Source: Alphaproteobacteria bacterium | GTDB taxonomy: Bacteria > Pseudomonadota > Alphaproteobacteria > G965218375 | Direction: 5' to 3' | Length of the DNA stretch: 64,000 nt | NCBI GenBank assembly: GCA_965218375.1 | Contig: OZ244618.1 | Location: 1,020,705-1,084,704, forward strand | Shown here: one piece after another, positions 48,811-59,534 of the stretch | How positions within the stretch are numbered: the first letter of the stretch is position 1 | Layout: each line of letters starts with the position of its first letter | Program-made: the position numbers and the translations under genes | Notes under the pieces: model-generated | What the model saw: the letters and a program-made list of their open reading frames with translations, nothing else | The model's database searches: none | What the model was told of the DNA's origin: nothing

Positions 48811-50061
48811 GTGTCATACCACCAGATACTAGAACGTTTCACAAAGCTGCACACCAAAGGTATTGACTTATCATTAGGGCGTGTTCATCGGCTTTTATCG
48901 GCCCTCAATGATCCCCATAAAAAACTACCTCCCACCATTCACATTGCGGGCACGAATGGTAAAGGCTCCACCACCATGCTTTTACGTTCTGCCTTAGAGG
49001 CGGCGGGCAAGCGCGTACATGTCTATACCAGTCCCCACCTTATTTCTTTCCGTGAACGCATCCGCGTAGCGGGGCATCTTATCTCAGAAGATATGCTTGA
49101 GAGCGTCCTTAAAGAAGTAGAGTCTGCCAATAACGGCGGTGAAACTACTTTTTTTGAAGCAACCACCATCGCAGCGTTTCTGGCGTTCACCGCAACTCCC
49201 GCAGATATTCTCTTACTTGAAGTAGGTCTTGGAGGTCGACTAGATGCAACAAATGTCATCGCGAAAACCGATATGTCGGTTATTACTCCCGTATCCATGG
49301 ATCATGAAACTTTTTTAGGGCATCGCCTAGGGAGTATCGCCTATGAAAAGGCGGGGATTCTTAAGCCCCAGACACCCGCGTGTATCGCCCCGCAGCAACC
49401 AGAAGCCAGAGAGGCTATCCACGCCTATGCCCAAAAAATACACTGCCCTTTAATCACCATTGACAAGGAAACAGTTGCCTCAGCACCACCGACCAACCTG
49501 AAAGGCGACCACCAGAAAATCAACAGTGCCGTCGCCGCAACCGTATTACGCACCATGAATCTGGTCTCTGAAGACCATATTACTTCTGGATTTATGAAGG
49601 TTGACTGGCCTGGAAGGCTACACTATATCTCCTCAGGGAAACTGAAAGAGCGCCTTCCTCCAACCTCTGACCTATGGCTTGATGGTGCCCATAACATTGA
49701 TGCTGGATCTGCCCTAGTCAGGTTCTTGACCCAAGAAATCAAGCGTACCCCCCAACGGCCACTTGATATAATTATCGGTATGCTCCAAACTAAAAATATC
49801 AAGGACTTTTTAAGCCTATTTGTTCCTCTTAACCCAACAGTGTGGTCCGTAGATATCCCCCAAAATCATCAAAGTCTTGACAAGGATGTGCTTCAGGCCC
49901 ACGCCCATCACCTTGGATTACGCGGGAGAGCCTGTGCTTCACTTGACCATGCACTTGAGACCATCTCCCAAGAGACAACGTCCCCCCTTGTTATTATAAC
50001 AGGATCTCTCTATTTAGTGGGGCATGCCCTCTGGGCCAATGGGGTGAAAACCCTCACCTAG
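48811..50061 (+). CDS. folC: Bifunctional folylpolyglutamate synthase / dihydrofolate synthase
   Basis: 416 aa. P-loop HIAGTNGKGST; Mur-ligase family domains. Apparent GTG start. Confidence 0.85.
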   Translation: MSYHQILERFTKLHTKGIDLSLGRVHRLLSALNDPHKKLPPTIHIAGTNGKGSTTMLLRSALEAAGKRVHVYTSPHLISFRERIRVAGHLISEDMLESVLKEVESANNGGETTFFEATTIAAFLAFTATPADILLLEVGLGGRLDATNVIAKTDMSVITPVSMDHETFLGHRLGSIAYEKAGILKPQTPACIAPQQPEAREAIHAYAQKIHCPLITIDKETVASAPPTNLKGDHQKINSAVAATVLRTMNLVSEDHITSGFMKVDWPGRLHYISSGKLKERLPPTSDLWLDGAHNIDAGSALVRFLTQEIKRTPQRPLDIIIGMLQTKNIKDFLSLFVPLNPTVWSVDIPQNHQSLDKDVLQAHAHHLGLRGRACASLDHALETISQETTSPLVIITGSLYLVGHALWANGVKTLT

Positions 50062-50062
50062 A

Positions 50063-51163
50063 TTAAACATTAAAACGAAAATGAACGACATCCCCATCTT
50101 GGACGATATAGTCTTTCCCCTCTAGGCGTAACTTACCTAAATCACGGGCGCCCCCCTCACCATTGCACGCGATATAGTCATCATAAGTGATCACTTCAGC
50201 ACGAATAAAACCACGCTCAAAGTCTGTATGAATCGCACCTGCAGCCTGAGGAGCGGTAGCATGGCGATGAACTGTCCACGCACGCGCCTCTTTCTTGCCC
50301 GCTGTAAAGAATGTAATTAAGTCTAACAAGTCATATCCAGCACGAATGACCCGATGCAGACTCGACTCTTGCAATCCCATATCTTCTAAAAATACCGCTT
50401 TATCTTCTTCATTGTCGATTTGAGATATCTCAGCCTCAATCGCAGCGGATACGATCACGCACGCAGCCCCTTGTTCCTTGGCCATTGCCTCCACAGCATT
50501 CGTGTAAGAGTTTTTACTTGTGATGTGCTCTTCCGCAACATTACAACAATATAAAACGGGCTTACTCGATAACAGGTGCAGCATACTAAACGCTTTTCTT
50601 TCCTCATCTGTTACCGTCACAGATCGTGCTGGCTTACCTTCTTGCAACACAGCAATAATCCGCTCCATCAAGGCTACCTGCACCCGCGACTCTTTATCAC
50701 CAGACTGGGCTTTTTTACGCATGGTCTGCACCCGACGCTCTAAACTATCAAGGTCTGCCAACATAAGCTCTGTTTCAATGGTCTCAATATCGGAAAGGGG
50801 GTCCACCTTCTGATTGACATGGGTTATGTTATCGTCATCAAAACAACGCACCACATGGACAATTGCATCAACTTCACGAATATTGGCAAGAAACTTATTG
50901 CCTAAACCTTCCCCGCGTGACGCACCGCGCACAAGACCTGCAATGTCCACAAACTCTAAGCATGTGGGCACTTCCTGAAGAGAACTGGCAATATGAGAAA
51001 TTTTCTTTAAACGGTCATCTGCAACAGAAACCATCCCACTATTTGGTTGAATGGTACAAAACGGAAAATTCGCCGCCTCAGCCGCTGCCGTATTTGTTAA
51101 CGCATTAAAAAGTGTCGACTTACCTACGTTTGGCAGTCCAACAATACCACAATTAAAACCCAC
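50063..51163 (-). CDS. ychF: Ribosome-binding ATPase YchF
   Basis: 366 aa with G1 motif [12 protein letters not shown], Obg-family core and a C-terminal TGS domain. Tightly convergent with folC (1-nt gap). Confidence 0.9.
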   Translation of the reverse strand: MGFNCGIVGLPNVGKSTLFNALTNTAAAEAANFPFCTIQPNSGMVSVADDRLKKISHIASSLQEVPTCLEFVDIAGLVRGASRGEGLGNKFLANIREVDAIVHVVRCFDDDNITHVNQKVDPLSDIETIETELMLADLDSLERRVQTMRKKAQSGDKESRVQVALMERIIAVLQEGKPARSVTVTDEERKAFSMLHLLSSKPVLYCCNVAEEHITSKNSYTNAVEAMAKEQGAACVIVSAAIEAEISQIDNEEDKAVFLEDMGLQESSLHRVIRAGYDLLDLITFFTAGKKEARAWTVHRHATAPQAAGAIHTDFERGFIRAEVITYDDYIACNGEGGARDLGKLRLEGKDYIVQDGDVVHFRFNV

Positions 51164-51265
51164 TCGGTATTCCCCTAAAAAACATGAAAATTATATAACC
51201 CAAGGCATGATGATCCGCGCCCGTCAACAATAAGACATTCCCCAGCTGAAAATCATAAGCACCGC

Positions 51266-51844
51266 CTATTTCCCAAGGTCTGGCAATCCACGTAATACGC
51301 GATTATGATACTCCACCATATTGCCTTCAAGCAAAATTGGTAACTGGACACAAATCTGATAGACGAGCCCCTCTAGCACTTCCTTATCCTTGCTAGAGAA
51401 ATCACTTAAAACATAATTGGAAACTTGGTCTTTATGACCAGGGTGACCTATCCCTATACGAATTCTTTTATACTCTGTACCAATATGGCTATCAATAGAT
51501 TTAAGGCCATTATGACCGCCATTCCCGCCACCCATTTTGATACGCACACGTCCGGTCTCTAAATCTAGATCATCGTGGATCACAATAACATTGGATATGG
51601 AAAGTTTAAAATAATTGACGAACTGCCCAATTGAGCGCCCCGAATGATTCATATAGGTTTGTGGCTTAAGGAGGGCCACCTTGTAAGTCCCAACCCCGCC
51701 CTCATAAACATGGGCATCAAAACGAGAGCGCGCCATTCCCAAATTGAAATGACGCACGAGCTCTTCAATCACAATAAATCCAATATTATGACGGTTATTT
51801 TGATATTTCGACCCAGGATTACCCAGCCCCGCAATAACAAACAT
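51266..51844 (-). CDS. pth: Peptidyl-tRNA hydrolase
   Basis: N-terminal MFVIAGLGNPG, plus HNGLKS. The ORF track start at 51880 is probably over-extended; the internal Met at 51844 is used. Confidence 0.85.
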   Translation of the reverse strand: MFVIAGLGNPGSKYQNNRHNIGFIVIEELVRHFNLGMARSRFDAHVYEGGVGTYKVALLKPQTYMNHSGRSIGQFVNYFKLSISNVIVIHDDLDLETGRVRIKMGGGNGGHNGLKSIDSHIGTEYKRIRIGIGHPGHKDQVSNYVLSDFSSKDKEVLEGLVYQICVQLPILLEGNMVEYHNRVLRGLPDLGK

Positions 51845-51892
51845 AAAAATATTCTTCTGCAATAAAAGAAAACTTAACACCCATAAATAAAT

Positions 51893-52507
51893 TTATGCGC
51901 TTTGGTCTTCAGACCCTTCTTCAGCTTGCTCTGTAACCCCTCCAGATGGAGCGACAACCGTAGCAATCGTAAAGTCACGGGTAATGACAGGTTTTACGCT
52001 TTCAGGCAACGGCACGGCACTAATATGAACAGAGTTTCCTATTTTGACGTTTTGCATATCAACGATAATTGAACGAGGAATATTATCAACATCAACGCTA
52101 AATTCAATTTCATACCGCACCACGTTCATAGTGCCGCCGGCTTTAATACCCACACATATATCTTGATTGATAAACTCCACGGGCACATTAATAATCGTCC
52201 GCGCGCCTAAAGGCATCCGTAGAAAGTCAATATGTATTGGCCAATAGTCATTTAAAGGATGCATTTGAGCGTCTTTTGGAAAAACCCGTTCGACAACACC
52301 CTCAATATCTAAATTAATCAGGTTAGAAAGAAAGTTTCCTCTCTCGATCACACGAACGACATCCTTACGAAAAACGTTTATGGTCTGGGGTACACCGTCC
52401 CCCCCATAAATTATGCTTGGAATCATTTCGTCGCGACGTGCGGCACGGGCGGATCCCCGCCCTGTTTTTTCACGCTTTACTCCTGGTAAAGTTTGTATTT
52501 CTTTCAT
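51893..52507 (-). CDS. rplY: 50S ribosomal protein L25 / general stress protein Ctc
   Basis: L25/Ctc beta-barrel. The proposed start MKEIQTLPG is preceded by GAGGG; the ORF track start at 52564 is over-extended. Sits in the conserved prs-rplY-pth-ychF order. Confidence 0.8.
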   Translation of the reverse strand: MKEIQTLPGVKREKTGRGSARAARRDEMIPSIIYGGDGVPQTINVFRKDVVRVIERGNFLSNLINLDIEGVVERVFPKDAQMHPLNDYWPIHIDFLRMPLGARTIINVPVEFINQDICVGIKAGGTMNVVRYEIEFSVDVDNIPRSIIVDMQNVKIGNSVHISAVPLPESVKPVITRDFTIATVVAPSGGVTEQAEEGSEDQSA

Positions 52508-52672
52508 AGTACTTTTTCCCTCTGGATCAGCCTCTGGAGGCATGCCAGCCTCAGATCCCAACAAGTTATACGCACATATTTACGTGTAATAATATAAATA
52601 CATACGCTAGCTCTCCTATAGAGCATTTTTTTCAAGAGCATACCCTAAGGACATGCACCTTGATATGACAGC

Positions 52673-53608
52673 TTAAACAAAGATACTGCTTACCGACTTG
52701 TTTAAGCTAATCCTTTTTAGAACATCAGCAAGTAATGGTGCCACTGACACCCTTCTAATCCGCGATGACACGCGCACCGAATCCCTCGCCGAGATAGAAT
52801 CCGTAACCACCAATTCTGCAAGACATGACTTCTCAACCCGATCCACAGCATCGCCAGAGAACACGCCATGGGTCACATAAGCAGAGACACTGTCAGCTCC
52901 CGCTTCAGATAATGCTTTCGCAGCATTACACAACGTACCCGCAGAGTCCGCAATATCATCAATCAAAATACACTTCTGACCTTTGACATCCCCAATAATA
53001 TTCATAACTTCAGAGACGCCCTGACGCTCACGCCGTTTATCCACAATCGCGAGACTGGCATGAAGTCTTTTTGCCATACAACGCGCTCGAAACACCCCCC
53101 CCACATCTGGGGAGACAATAGTCAAGCGATCATGTTCTAGGTAATTGGTACTTACATCACTGGCAAAAACCGGTTCTGCAAAAATGTTATCCGTCGGGAT
53201 ATCAAAAAAACCTTGAATCTGCCCTGCATGTAAGTCAAGGGTTACCACGCGATCTGCTCCTGATTTCACAATCAAATTAGCGATAAGTTTCGCCGAGATT
53301 GGGGAACGTGGTGCCACTTTACGATCCTGACGGGCATACCCAAAATAAGGAATAATAACCGTAACTGTCTTTGCAGACGCCCGGCGCAGGGCATCCAGCA
53401 TAATCAAGAGTTCCATTATATTGTCATTTACTGGTGCGCTTGTACTTTGAACAACAAAAACATTTTCACCGCGGACATTCTCGAGGATTTCAACATAAAT
53501 CTCGTTATCCGAAAAACACCGCACTTCTGCAGCGCACAATGGTAAATTTAAATAGCGACCTATGGACTCAGCAAGATTTCTATTACTATTCCCTGAAATA
53601 ATCTTCAT
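52673..53608 (-). CDS. prs: Ribose-phosphate pyrophosphokinase
   Basis: PRPP synthetase motifs (MKIISGNSN start, [15 protein letters not shown]-binding loop [10 protein letters not shown]). The internal Met is used as start. Confidence 0.9.
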   Translation of the reverse strand: MKIISGNSNRNLAESIGRYLNLPLCAAEVRCFSDNEIYVEILENVRGENVFVVQSTSAPVNDNIMELLIMLDALRRASAKTVTVIIPYFGYARQDRKVAPRSPISAKLIANLIVKSGADRVVTLDLHAGQIQGFFDIPTDNIFAEPVFASDVSTNYLEHDRLTIVSPDVGGVFRARCMAKRLHASLAIVDKRRERQGVSEVMNIIGDVKGQKCILIDDIADSAGTLCNAAKALSEAGADSVSAYVTHGVFSGDAVDRVEKSCLAELVVTDSISARDSVRVSSRIRRVSVAPLLADVLKRISLNKSVSSIFV

Positions 53609-53842
53609 AATGCCCCCCTCGTTTCCGACTTCAAGCATACTTTATCTTCCAAAACCCACCTTGCCTTGTATAAAATTTAAGAGTGAAGAACACTACCAAA
53701 ATCACAATAAAATGTCCACATCTTATCAAAAACCCTTGTAAATTTAGCTGCCTACCCCTGACCTTTTAGCACAAATAGCAAATTATGGTAATAAAAAATA
53801 AAAATTCTTCACTTTAGATTGATCACAAAAAAACACATCCTA

Positions 53843-54673
53843 CTAGGGCAATAAATCAGCCAAATCCCGCGTGAGAGTGTGCGCTATAAGCGCAGAGAGA
53901 TTTATCCATTTACCATAAACCATGGCTTCTGGCAGCACTTCAGAAAATTTTATGTGACCAAGGCGCTTCTTCTCCGACATTTCGCCAAGGGCATACAGGT
54001 AACATGAAAAATTAATGCGGCTGCTCTGGGACACAACACGATTAAAGGTCACCGCGCATTTTAACTCTAACTCGGCCATAAAAGGATTAGGGGTGACTGC
54101 AATATCAATGTCATTAAATTGAATACGCAACATTTGATTTACCTTATCATTAATATGCTCAGGCACCCCCTCGATATAAGGTATGTGCAAGAGGAGGGGA
54201 GGGGAGGTAATCAAGCCATTAACAACTGTTTGTATTTTTTTCAGCACGTCATGACAGACCATATCCACCATATCAGACGCCTTAGCGCGCCATAGGTCAT
54301 GGGGGACAGAGTGGTGCGTCTTAAACGCCACAGCCAGCTCACCCGAGGGCTCAAAAAAATACCAAGAAAAGTCTAAGGAAACGTTGATCTTCCCCGTGCG
54401 CCGGACACTAACCAAGGTGCCCTCTAAGACTCTCACAAGCCGTTTAGGCGCATGGTCAATGGCAAAAACACTCCGGTTCTGTAGAGCATTAATTAAGGCC
54501 GTGGTAAAGGCTAAGCCCTCACTCTTAAATTCAAACCCAGTGACTGGTTTAACATACACTTCCCCCCCCAAGTTTGGCTTGACGAGACCTTCTTGACGCC
54601 CTTCCTTATTCACGGTGCCACATGCAGATAAATAAAATAAACTCACTATAATTAATAAAAGTCTTGGTTTCAC
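53843..54673 (-). CDS. Uncharacterised lipoprotein
   Basis: 276 aa. Signal peptide plus lipobox MKPRLLLIIVSLFYLSAC|G. I recognise no family. Separated by 5 nt from the upstream MidA-like gene (54679). Confidence 0.55.
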   Translation of the reverse strand: MKPRLLLIIVSLFYLSACGTVNKEGRQEGLVKPNLGGEVYVKPVTGFEFKSEGLAFTTALINALQNRSVFAIDHAPKRLVRVLEGTLVSVRRTGKINVSLDFSWYFFEPSGELAVAFKTHHSVPHDLWRAKASDMVDMVCHDVLKKIQTVVNGLITSPPLLLHIPYIEGVPEHINDKVNQMLRIQFNDIDIAVTPNPFMAELELKCAVTFNRVVSQSSRINFSCYLYALGEMSEKKRLGHIKFSEVLPEAMVYGKWINLSALIAHTLTRDLADLLP

Positions 54674-54678
54674 GCGCC

Positions 54679-55803
54679 TTACCTCACCGATGCCATTGAC
54701 ATGCCCTCAGGGGCTCCAAACCCTTGGGAGGCTAAAGCAACAACTTTAAACAATCGCCCCATGGCCTCCGCGCTGACCAAGCGATGGTATGCACGAATGA
54801 TAGTCTCACGCTGGGCATCTCTCTGGGATGCCTTCATAAGTTGGTCAGCGCGGACATCAATACCTAATGCCTTTAAAAAAGCCCCTTGAAATACAGGGCC
54901 ATATCCCTCAACTTTAGAGGCCAAAGCCGTTCTTATAACGTGGGCAAAGTCAACATGCACAGTAAGGTCCGCTTCTCCAGGACTCTCTAAAACATCCGTG
55001 TAGGTGTGGGAGCGTACGGCTTGAAGCGTCTCTCCCGTACCGCTAACCCCATGGCCATAGTCAATAAAAAGTGCCGCCCCCCTATGCATGGCAAGAAGTG
55101 TCGCGACCTCTTTAACTACCGCCGTGACTGCTTCTGGAACCTCAAGGAGAACCCCTTCCTCTAGGTCTGCAGCGCTAATGTTGGCTATAAAATCAGAGTC
55201 TGTGAGTACGGCCCGTTTTCCCAAAACAAACATCAATTTCCCCGTCTGGGTGTCTAAATCGACACAGCGCTCATACCACTGATTGTTGTGATAGACCAGC
55301 TGACGCGCAGGCAACGCATCCAGAAACTCATTGGCAAGGATACAGAGGGGCCCGTCTAACGTGATGGCGGTAAGAGATGGATACCAATGAACGGCGCACC
55401 CCGCATCCCCAACTATGGTTTTCTGAGACTCTATCAGCAGGGAACTGACCTCCACCATATGAAGGTGCAGCCCAGAAAACAGGCGGTGCGCTTGGCGCTT
55501 AATAACCCGCAACGCGTCTGCCATTAACACGCCCCGCCCTGGACCAAGCTCGACAAGGTGAAACCTCTCTGGCATGCCCAGTCTTTGCCAGACGGTGATC
55601 ACCCACAACCCTAACAACTCCCCAAACATCTGGCTAATTTCTGGAGCTGTCACAAAGTCACCTTGGGCACCAAAAGGCATACGTGTCTGGTAATACCCCT
55701 TGGTTCTGTGAGTTAATGCTGCCTGCATATACTGATCAATCGGGAGGGGGCCGTGCTCAGCGATTAACCTATGAAAAACTGTGGTCATTATCTTGGAAAA
55801 CAA
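54679..55803 (-). CDS. SAM-dependent methyltransferase, MidA/NDUFAF7 family (COG1565, DUF185)
   Basis: 374 aa. GDFVTAPEISQMFGEL...ELGPGRG is characteristic of COG1565. Overlaps the lgt start region. Confidence 0.6.
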   Translation of the reverse strand: MFSKIMTTVFHRLIAEHGPLPIDQYMQAALTHRTKGYYQTRMPFGAQGDFVTAPEISQMFGELLGLWVITVWQRLGMPERFHLVELGPGRGVLMADALRVIKRQAHRLFSGLHLHMVEVSSLLIESQKTIVGDAGCAVHWYPSLTAITLDGPLCILANEFLDALPARQLVYHNNQWYERCVDLDTQTGKLMFVLGKRAVLTDSDFIANISAADLEEGVLLEVPEAVTAVVKEVATLLAMHRGAALFIDYGHGVSGTGETLQAVRSHTYTDVLESPGEADLTVHVDFAHVIRTALASKVEGYGPVFQGAFLKALGIDVRADQLMKASQRDAQRETIIRAYHRLVSAEAMGRLFKVVALASQGFGAPEGMSMASVR

Positions 55804-56642
55804 TGAGATAAGGCCAGCTTTTGCTTTGATCGGTACCCCAACCCTATAAGAGTAACGCCCAAAAGAATCATAGGAAGACTTAACATCTGTCCCATGGAGA
55901 CGCCTCCAAACAAAAACCCTATGTGTTGATCAGGCTCGCGAAAGAGCTCAGCCACAAGACGCATACACCCATAACCTAAACAAAAAATCCCTGCCACATA
56001 CCCTGGCCCAGGCACCTCACCGTCCGCCTTTTTCGCCTGAAAGCTATGATATTTACGCACAAAGAAAATAAGAAAAAACAAACATACCCCCTCTAAAAAC
56101 GCCTGATATAGTTGGCTTGGATGGCGCGCCGCCGCATCCACATGCGGGAAAACCATCCCCCACGGCATATCCGTCACACGCCCCCATAACTCCCCATTAA
56201 TAAAATTTGCAATCCGCCCCAGACCTAAGGTAACCGGCACAATCTGTGCAAGTTGATCAAAGAAAAATAAAAAGGGGAGTTTTTTCTGCCAAAAAAATAG
56301 TATACAGGCCACAATGACAGCGATGAACCCGCCATGAAAGGACATGCCGCCTTGCCATAGAAACAGAATCCGCAAAGGGGAATCTAGGTAATAGTCAATG
56401 TTATAAAATAAAACGTACCCTAAACGTCCGCCCACTATGACACTAAGAGGGAGAATAAATAACAAGCTTTCAAAATGTTGACGGTTTAGAGGAGCGCCCT
56501 TATAAGCAGTAAGTCGGAACATATATCGCGCCGCAATTATAAAACCTAAGAAATAACTCAAACTATACCAACGAACGGCGAAGGGCCCAAGCTGGAAAAT
56601 AATTGGATCAATCGCGGGAAACTCTATCATAGGTCGTTCCAA
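55788..56642 (-). CDS. lgt: Prolipoprotein diacylglyceryl transferase
   Basis: 284 aa polytopic membrane protein with the Lgt signature (GGRLGYVLF.., HPSQLYQAFLEG). The start may be the internal Met at residue 5. Confidence 0.85.
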   Translation of the reverse strand: MERPMIEFPAIDPIIFQLGPFAVRWYSLSYFLGFIIAARYMFRLTAYKGAPLNRQHFESLLFILPLSVIVGGRLGYVLFYNIDYYLDSPLRILFLWQGGMSFHGGFIAVIVACILFFWQKKLPFLFFFDQLAQIVPVTLGLGRIANFINGELWGRVTDMPWGMVFPHVDAAARHPSQLYQAFLEGVCLFFLIFFVRKYHSFQAKKADGEVPGPGYVAGIFCLGYGCMRLVAELFREPDQHIGFLFGGVSMGQMLSLPMILLGVTLIGLGYRSKQKLALSHCFPR

Positions 56643-56787
56643 AAATTGTTTACAAAACTATCGAATACATCTTAGCAACATATCAAAACAAAGTCTTATC
56701 TGCCAAGTCATATCACAAGGTATGGAAAAAATAAAAAGTTTCTCAATAAACACATTTTACTCTTGAAGATATTATTACTAATAATAT

Positions 56788-57147
56788 ATGGAAAGAGACT
56801 TTAAAGAGCAGGTATGGCATACTAAAATCACCGCTATATCGTCAAAAGGAGAGTTGCTCATGATAGGAAAAAGTAAAATAATCTCTGGATTTGCACGCCT
56901 TGCCACGGGCGTTGCTGGTTCAGTATTCAGTATTCAAGAAGAGCTCAAAGCTCACCTACAGTCTCGACGAGAAGAGACAATCAATAAAATGGGGTTTGTG
57001 ACAAATGATGATGTGGAGTCTATCCGAAAACAAGCTGAGGAAGTCGGCGCAGAAAATAAAGTCCTGAAAGAAAGACTTGATACATTAGAGTCCTCTTTAA
57101 AAACCCAGCAAGACTTTCCTTCGCCGACCGAGAGTCCAAGAAAATAA
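56788..57147 (+). CDS. UbiK/YqiC (BMFP)-family coiled-coil protein (tentative)
   Basis: 119 aa. Coiled-coil C-terminus FVTNDDVESIRKQAEEVGAENKVLKERLDTLESSL resembles the UbiK 'LVSREEFD...' region. The start may be the internal Met (~56860). Confidence 0.4.
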   Translation: MERDFKEQVWHTKITAISSKGELLMIGKSKIISGFARLATGVAGSVFSIQEELKAHLQSRREETINKMGFVTNDDVESIRKQAEEVGAENKVLKERLDTLESSLKTQQDFPSPTESPRK

Positions 57148-57191
57148 ACCCACTTTAGTACCGCTTCCCTCCACATAGGATATCGACACGC

Positions 57192-58019
57192 ATGAGATAT
57201 GCTTCACTTACTCCACTTTTAGTTATTGGCTGTGGTAAGATGGCAACCGCCATTCTTAACGGGTTAAGCTTGGACGGCTTTCCTCTTACGAAAGTACATA
57301 TCGTAAACCCAAGCCCCCGTAACCAAATCGCCTCGTGGGGCTGTCATCTCTATACCCATCCCCAAAAGCTTCCAGAAGACTTTCAGCCCAAAGTTGTTGT
57401 TTTAGCTGTAAAACCACAAATTATCCGCCACGTCCTCCCTGCCTACGACCGCTTTATTAGCCCAGAGACATTGGTCATCAGTGTGATCGCAGGAAAAAGT
57501 TTTGCATTTTTGGAAAATCTATTACCAAAACACACAAAAGTAATCCGCACCATGCCTAACTTACCCGCGACCATCAGACAAGGGGTTACGCCTATCATTG
57601 GGAATAAGGACACCACGAAAGAGGAAGTGCGTAACGCGGCAACCCTTATGGAGGCCGTGGGCAAAGTGGTGTGGCTTGACAGTGAAAATCAACTTAATGC
57701 AGCGAGCGCCATCTCGGGAAGTGGCCCTGCATATCTCTTTCACCTGATTGAAGCCATGACCGCAGCTGGCACGTCCCATGGCTTGCCTGTAAAAATTGCC
57801 ACGGAACTTGCTCACGGCACCGTATGCGGGGCAAGCAGTCTGGCATCACACAGTCATGATGATGCGCAAACCCTGCGCCAAAGCGTCAGCAGCAAAGGCG
57901 GTATCACCCTAGCAGCCCTCCAAGTTCTTATGCGTGAAGATACTGGACTGACCTCCCTCATAACTGAGGCCGTAGGGGCAAATATTTCTCGGTCTGAAGA
58001 CCTAGAACGGGAAGACTAA
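57192..58019 (+). CDS. proC: Pyrroline-5-carboxylate reductase
   Basis: 275 aa with an N-terminal Rossmann fold (IGCGKMATAI), a P5CR dimerisation domain, and the signature SKGGITLAALQVL. Confidence 0.85.
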   Translation: MRYASLTPLLVIGCGKMATAILNGLSLDGFPLTKVHIVNPSPRNQIASWGCHLYTHPQKLPEDFQPKVVVLAVKPQIIRHVLPAYDRFISPETLVISVIAGKSFAFLENLLPKHTKVIRTMPNLPATIRQGVTPIIGNKDTTKEEVRNAATLMEAVGKVVWLDSENQLNAASAISGSGPAYLFHLIEAMTAAGTSHGLPVKIATELAHGTVCGASSLASHSHDDAQTLRQSVSSKGGITLAALQVLMREDTGLTSLITEAVGANISRSEDLERED

Positions 58020-58105
58020 ATCCTATATACTTTTATGTGACCATACGTTACATACTCATAAAACAGTATCAATGTTAAAATTGCGCTCTTACGATATAAA
58101 GCCCC

Positions 58106-58705
58106 ATGAATAAAAATATAGAATTGACGACTACTGCATTAATGGATCTGGCTGACGCGAACCAGTGGAGAACCATCACTCTGCTCGATATCGCCACGCA
58201 GAGCATGCTGGAAACTTCTGATATTCTTCAATTTACGCATAATAAGATGCAGATTTTATCCTTGTATTTTGACAAAATTGACCAGATCGCCCTAAGTAAC
58301 CTTGATCACAGCAATGAGACGGCCAAGGAGTATATCTTTGATTTTATTCTGTGTCATATTGAGGCCTTATCCCCACGCAAAAACGCCCTCAAAAATATTT
58401 CTAAGGCAATGATCAGCGACCCCATCGAATCAATAAAAATGCTCGCTATGATCCGCCGCTCCCTCAAGTTAATGTTTGAGAGCGCAGGCTTCTCCATATC
58501 AGGTATCAAAGGCAATCTCGCCCTGAACAGCGTTAAAGTCCTTTATCTACGCGCCTTACAGGTATGGTTGTGTCAAAGCAATGATGATCTCTCAAGCACC
58601 ATGGCTGAGATCGACAAGCGCATCAGACAAACAGAATTTATATTTGATTGGCTCGACCAGCTCAAGCAAAAAGCCCCCCTCTATCAAAAGGAGGGAGGTA
58701 CTTAA
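58106..58705 (+). CDS. Hypothetical protein (all-helical, possibly TetR/COQ9-like fold)
   Basis: 199 aa. Weak resemblance to a TetR-like helical N-terminus (TITLLDIATQSMLE); I recognise no confident family. Confidence 0.45.
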   Translation: MNKNIELTTTALMDLADANQWRTITLLDIATQSMLETSDILQFTHNKMQILSLYFDKIDQIALSNLDHSNETAKEYIFDFILCHIEALSPRKNALKNISKAMISDPIESIKMLAMIRRSLKLMFESAGFSISGIKGNLALNSVKVLYLRALQVWLCQSNDDLSSTMAEIDKRIRQTEFIFDWLDQLKQKAPLYQKEGGT

Positions 58706-58726
58706 CAGCACCCTTCGGTTAACGTC

Positions 58727-59512
58727 TTAATACTTCACAACACGGGCTTTAGTATTACGATACGCCAAGTAACAAAGTATTGTCATGACAGATAAAAACA
58801 TAACAACCGTTACGCCTAACTTCTTACGCTCTTCTAGCTCAGGCTCTGCTGCCCATATTAAAAAGTTGACGACATCAATGGACATCTGCTCTGGAGTTGC
58901 CTCAGTATTATCTTGATACTCAACCAACCCTTCACTTAATTGTGCGGACATAGCGATTACATTTCCTGGGTAATAGGCATTGTAATACCCGCCGTCAGGC
59001 ACGACAAAGTCAGCAGGAGGTTTGTTATACCCGGTCAGCAGACTGTAGATATAATTTGCCCCATCGCCCCGCGCCTTTACCATTAAACTTAAGTCTGGCG
59101 GCGCCTTACCGCCATTGGCGGCAGCGGCAGCATTATCATTTTCATACGGACCTGGAAACAAGTCGAACGGCTTCCCTGGACGTTCAAACATATCCCCCGC
59201 ACTATCTGGTCCATCTTTAATTTGGTACTCAGCAGCTAAGGCTTTCACCTCCTGTTGAGAGAACCCAATGGCTTCCAGAGTACGAAAAGCGACATACTTT
59301 AAGCCGTGACAAGAGGAACAGACCTCACGGTATACCTGCAAACCACGCTGGGCGGATGCATAATCAAACTGTCCAAAAGGACCTTTCGTGCTCCAATCAT
59401 ATTCACGTAACTTCACGGAAGATCCCGCTGCGAAAGCATGTCCCACACCTAAAGTATAAGATACGCCAAGCACTATGAATAAAAATAATTTAAAGCCTCG
59501 CACAGTTCGCAT
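58727..59512 (-). CDS. petC: Cytochrome c1 (ubiquinol-cytochrome c reductase subunit)
   Basis: Haem motif CSSCHGLKY and a C-terminal TM anchor. The signal peptide starts at the internal Met (MRTVRGFKLFLFIVLG); the ORF track's 5' end at 59611 overlaps petB and is over-extended. Confidence 0.85.
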   Translation of the reverse strand: MRTVRGFKLFLFIVLGVSYTLGVGHAFAAGSSVKLREYDWSTKGPFGQFDYASAQRGLQVYREVCSSCHGLKYVAFRTLEAIGFSQQEVKALAAEYQIKDGPDSAGDMFERPGKPFDLFPGPYENDNAAAAANGGKAPPDLSLMVKARGDGANYIYSLLTGYNKPPADFVVPDGGYYNAYYPGNVIAMSAQLSEGLVEYQDNTEATPEQMSIDVVNFLIWAAEPELEERKKLGVTVVMFLSVMTILCYLAYRNTKARVVKY

Positions 59513-59534
59513 AATGAATAAATCCTTAAAACTA

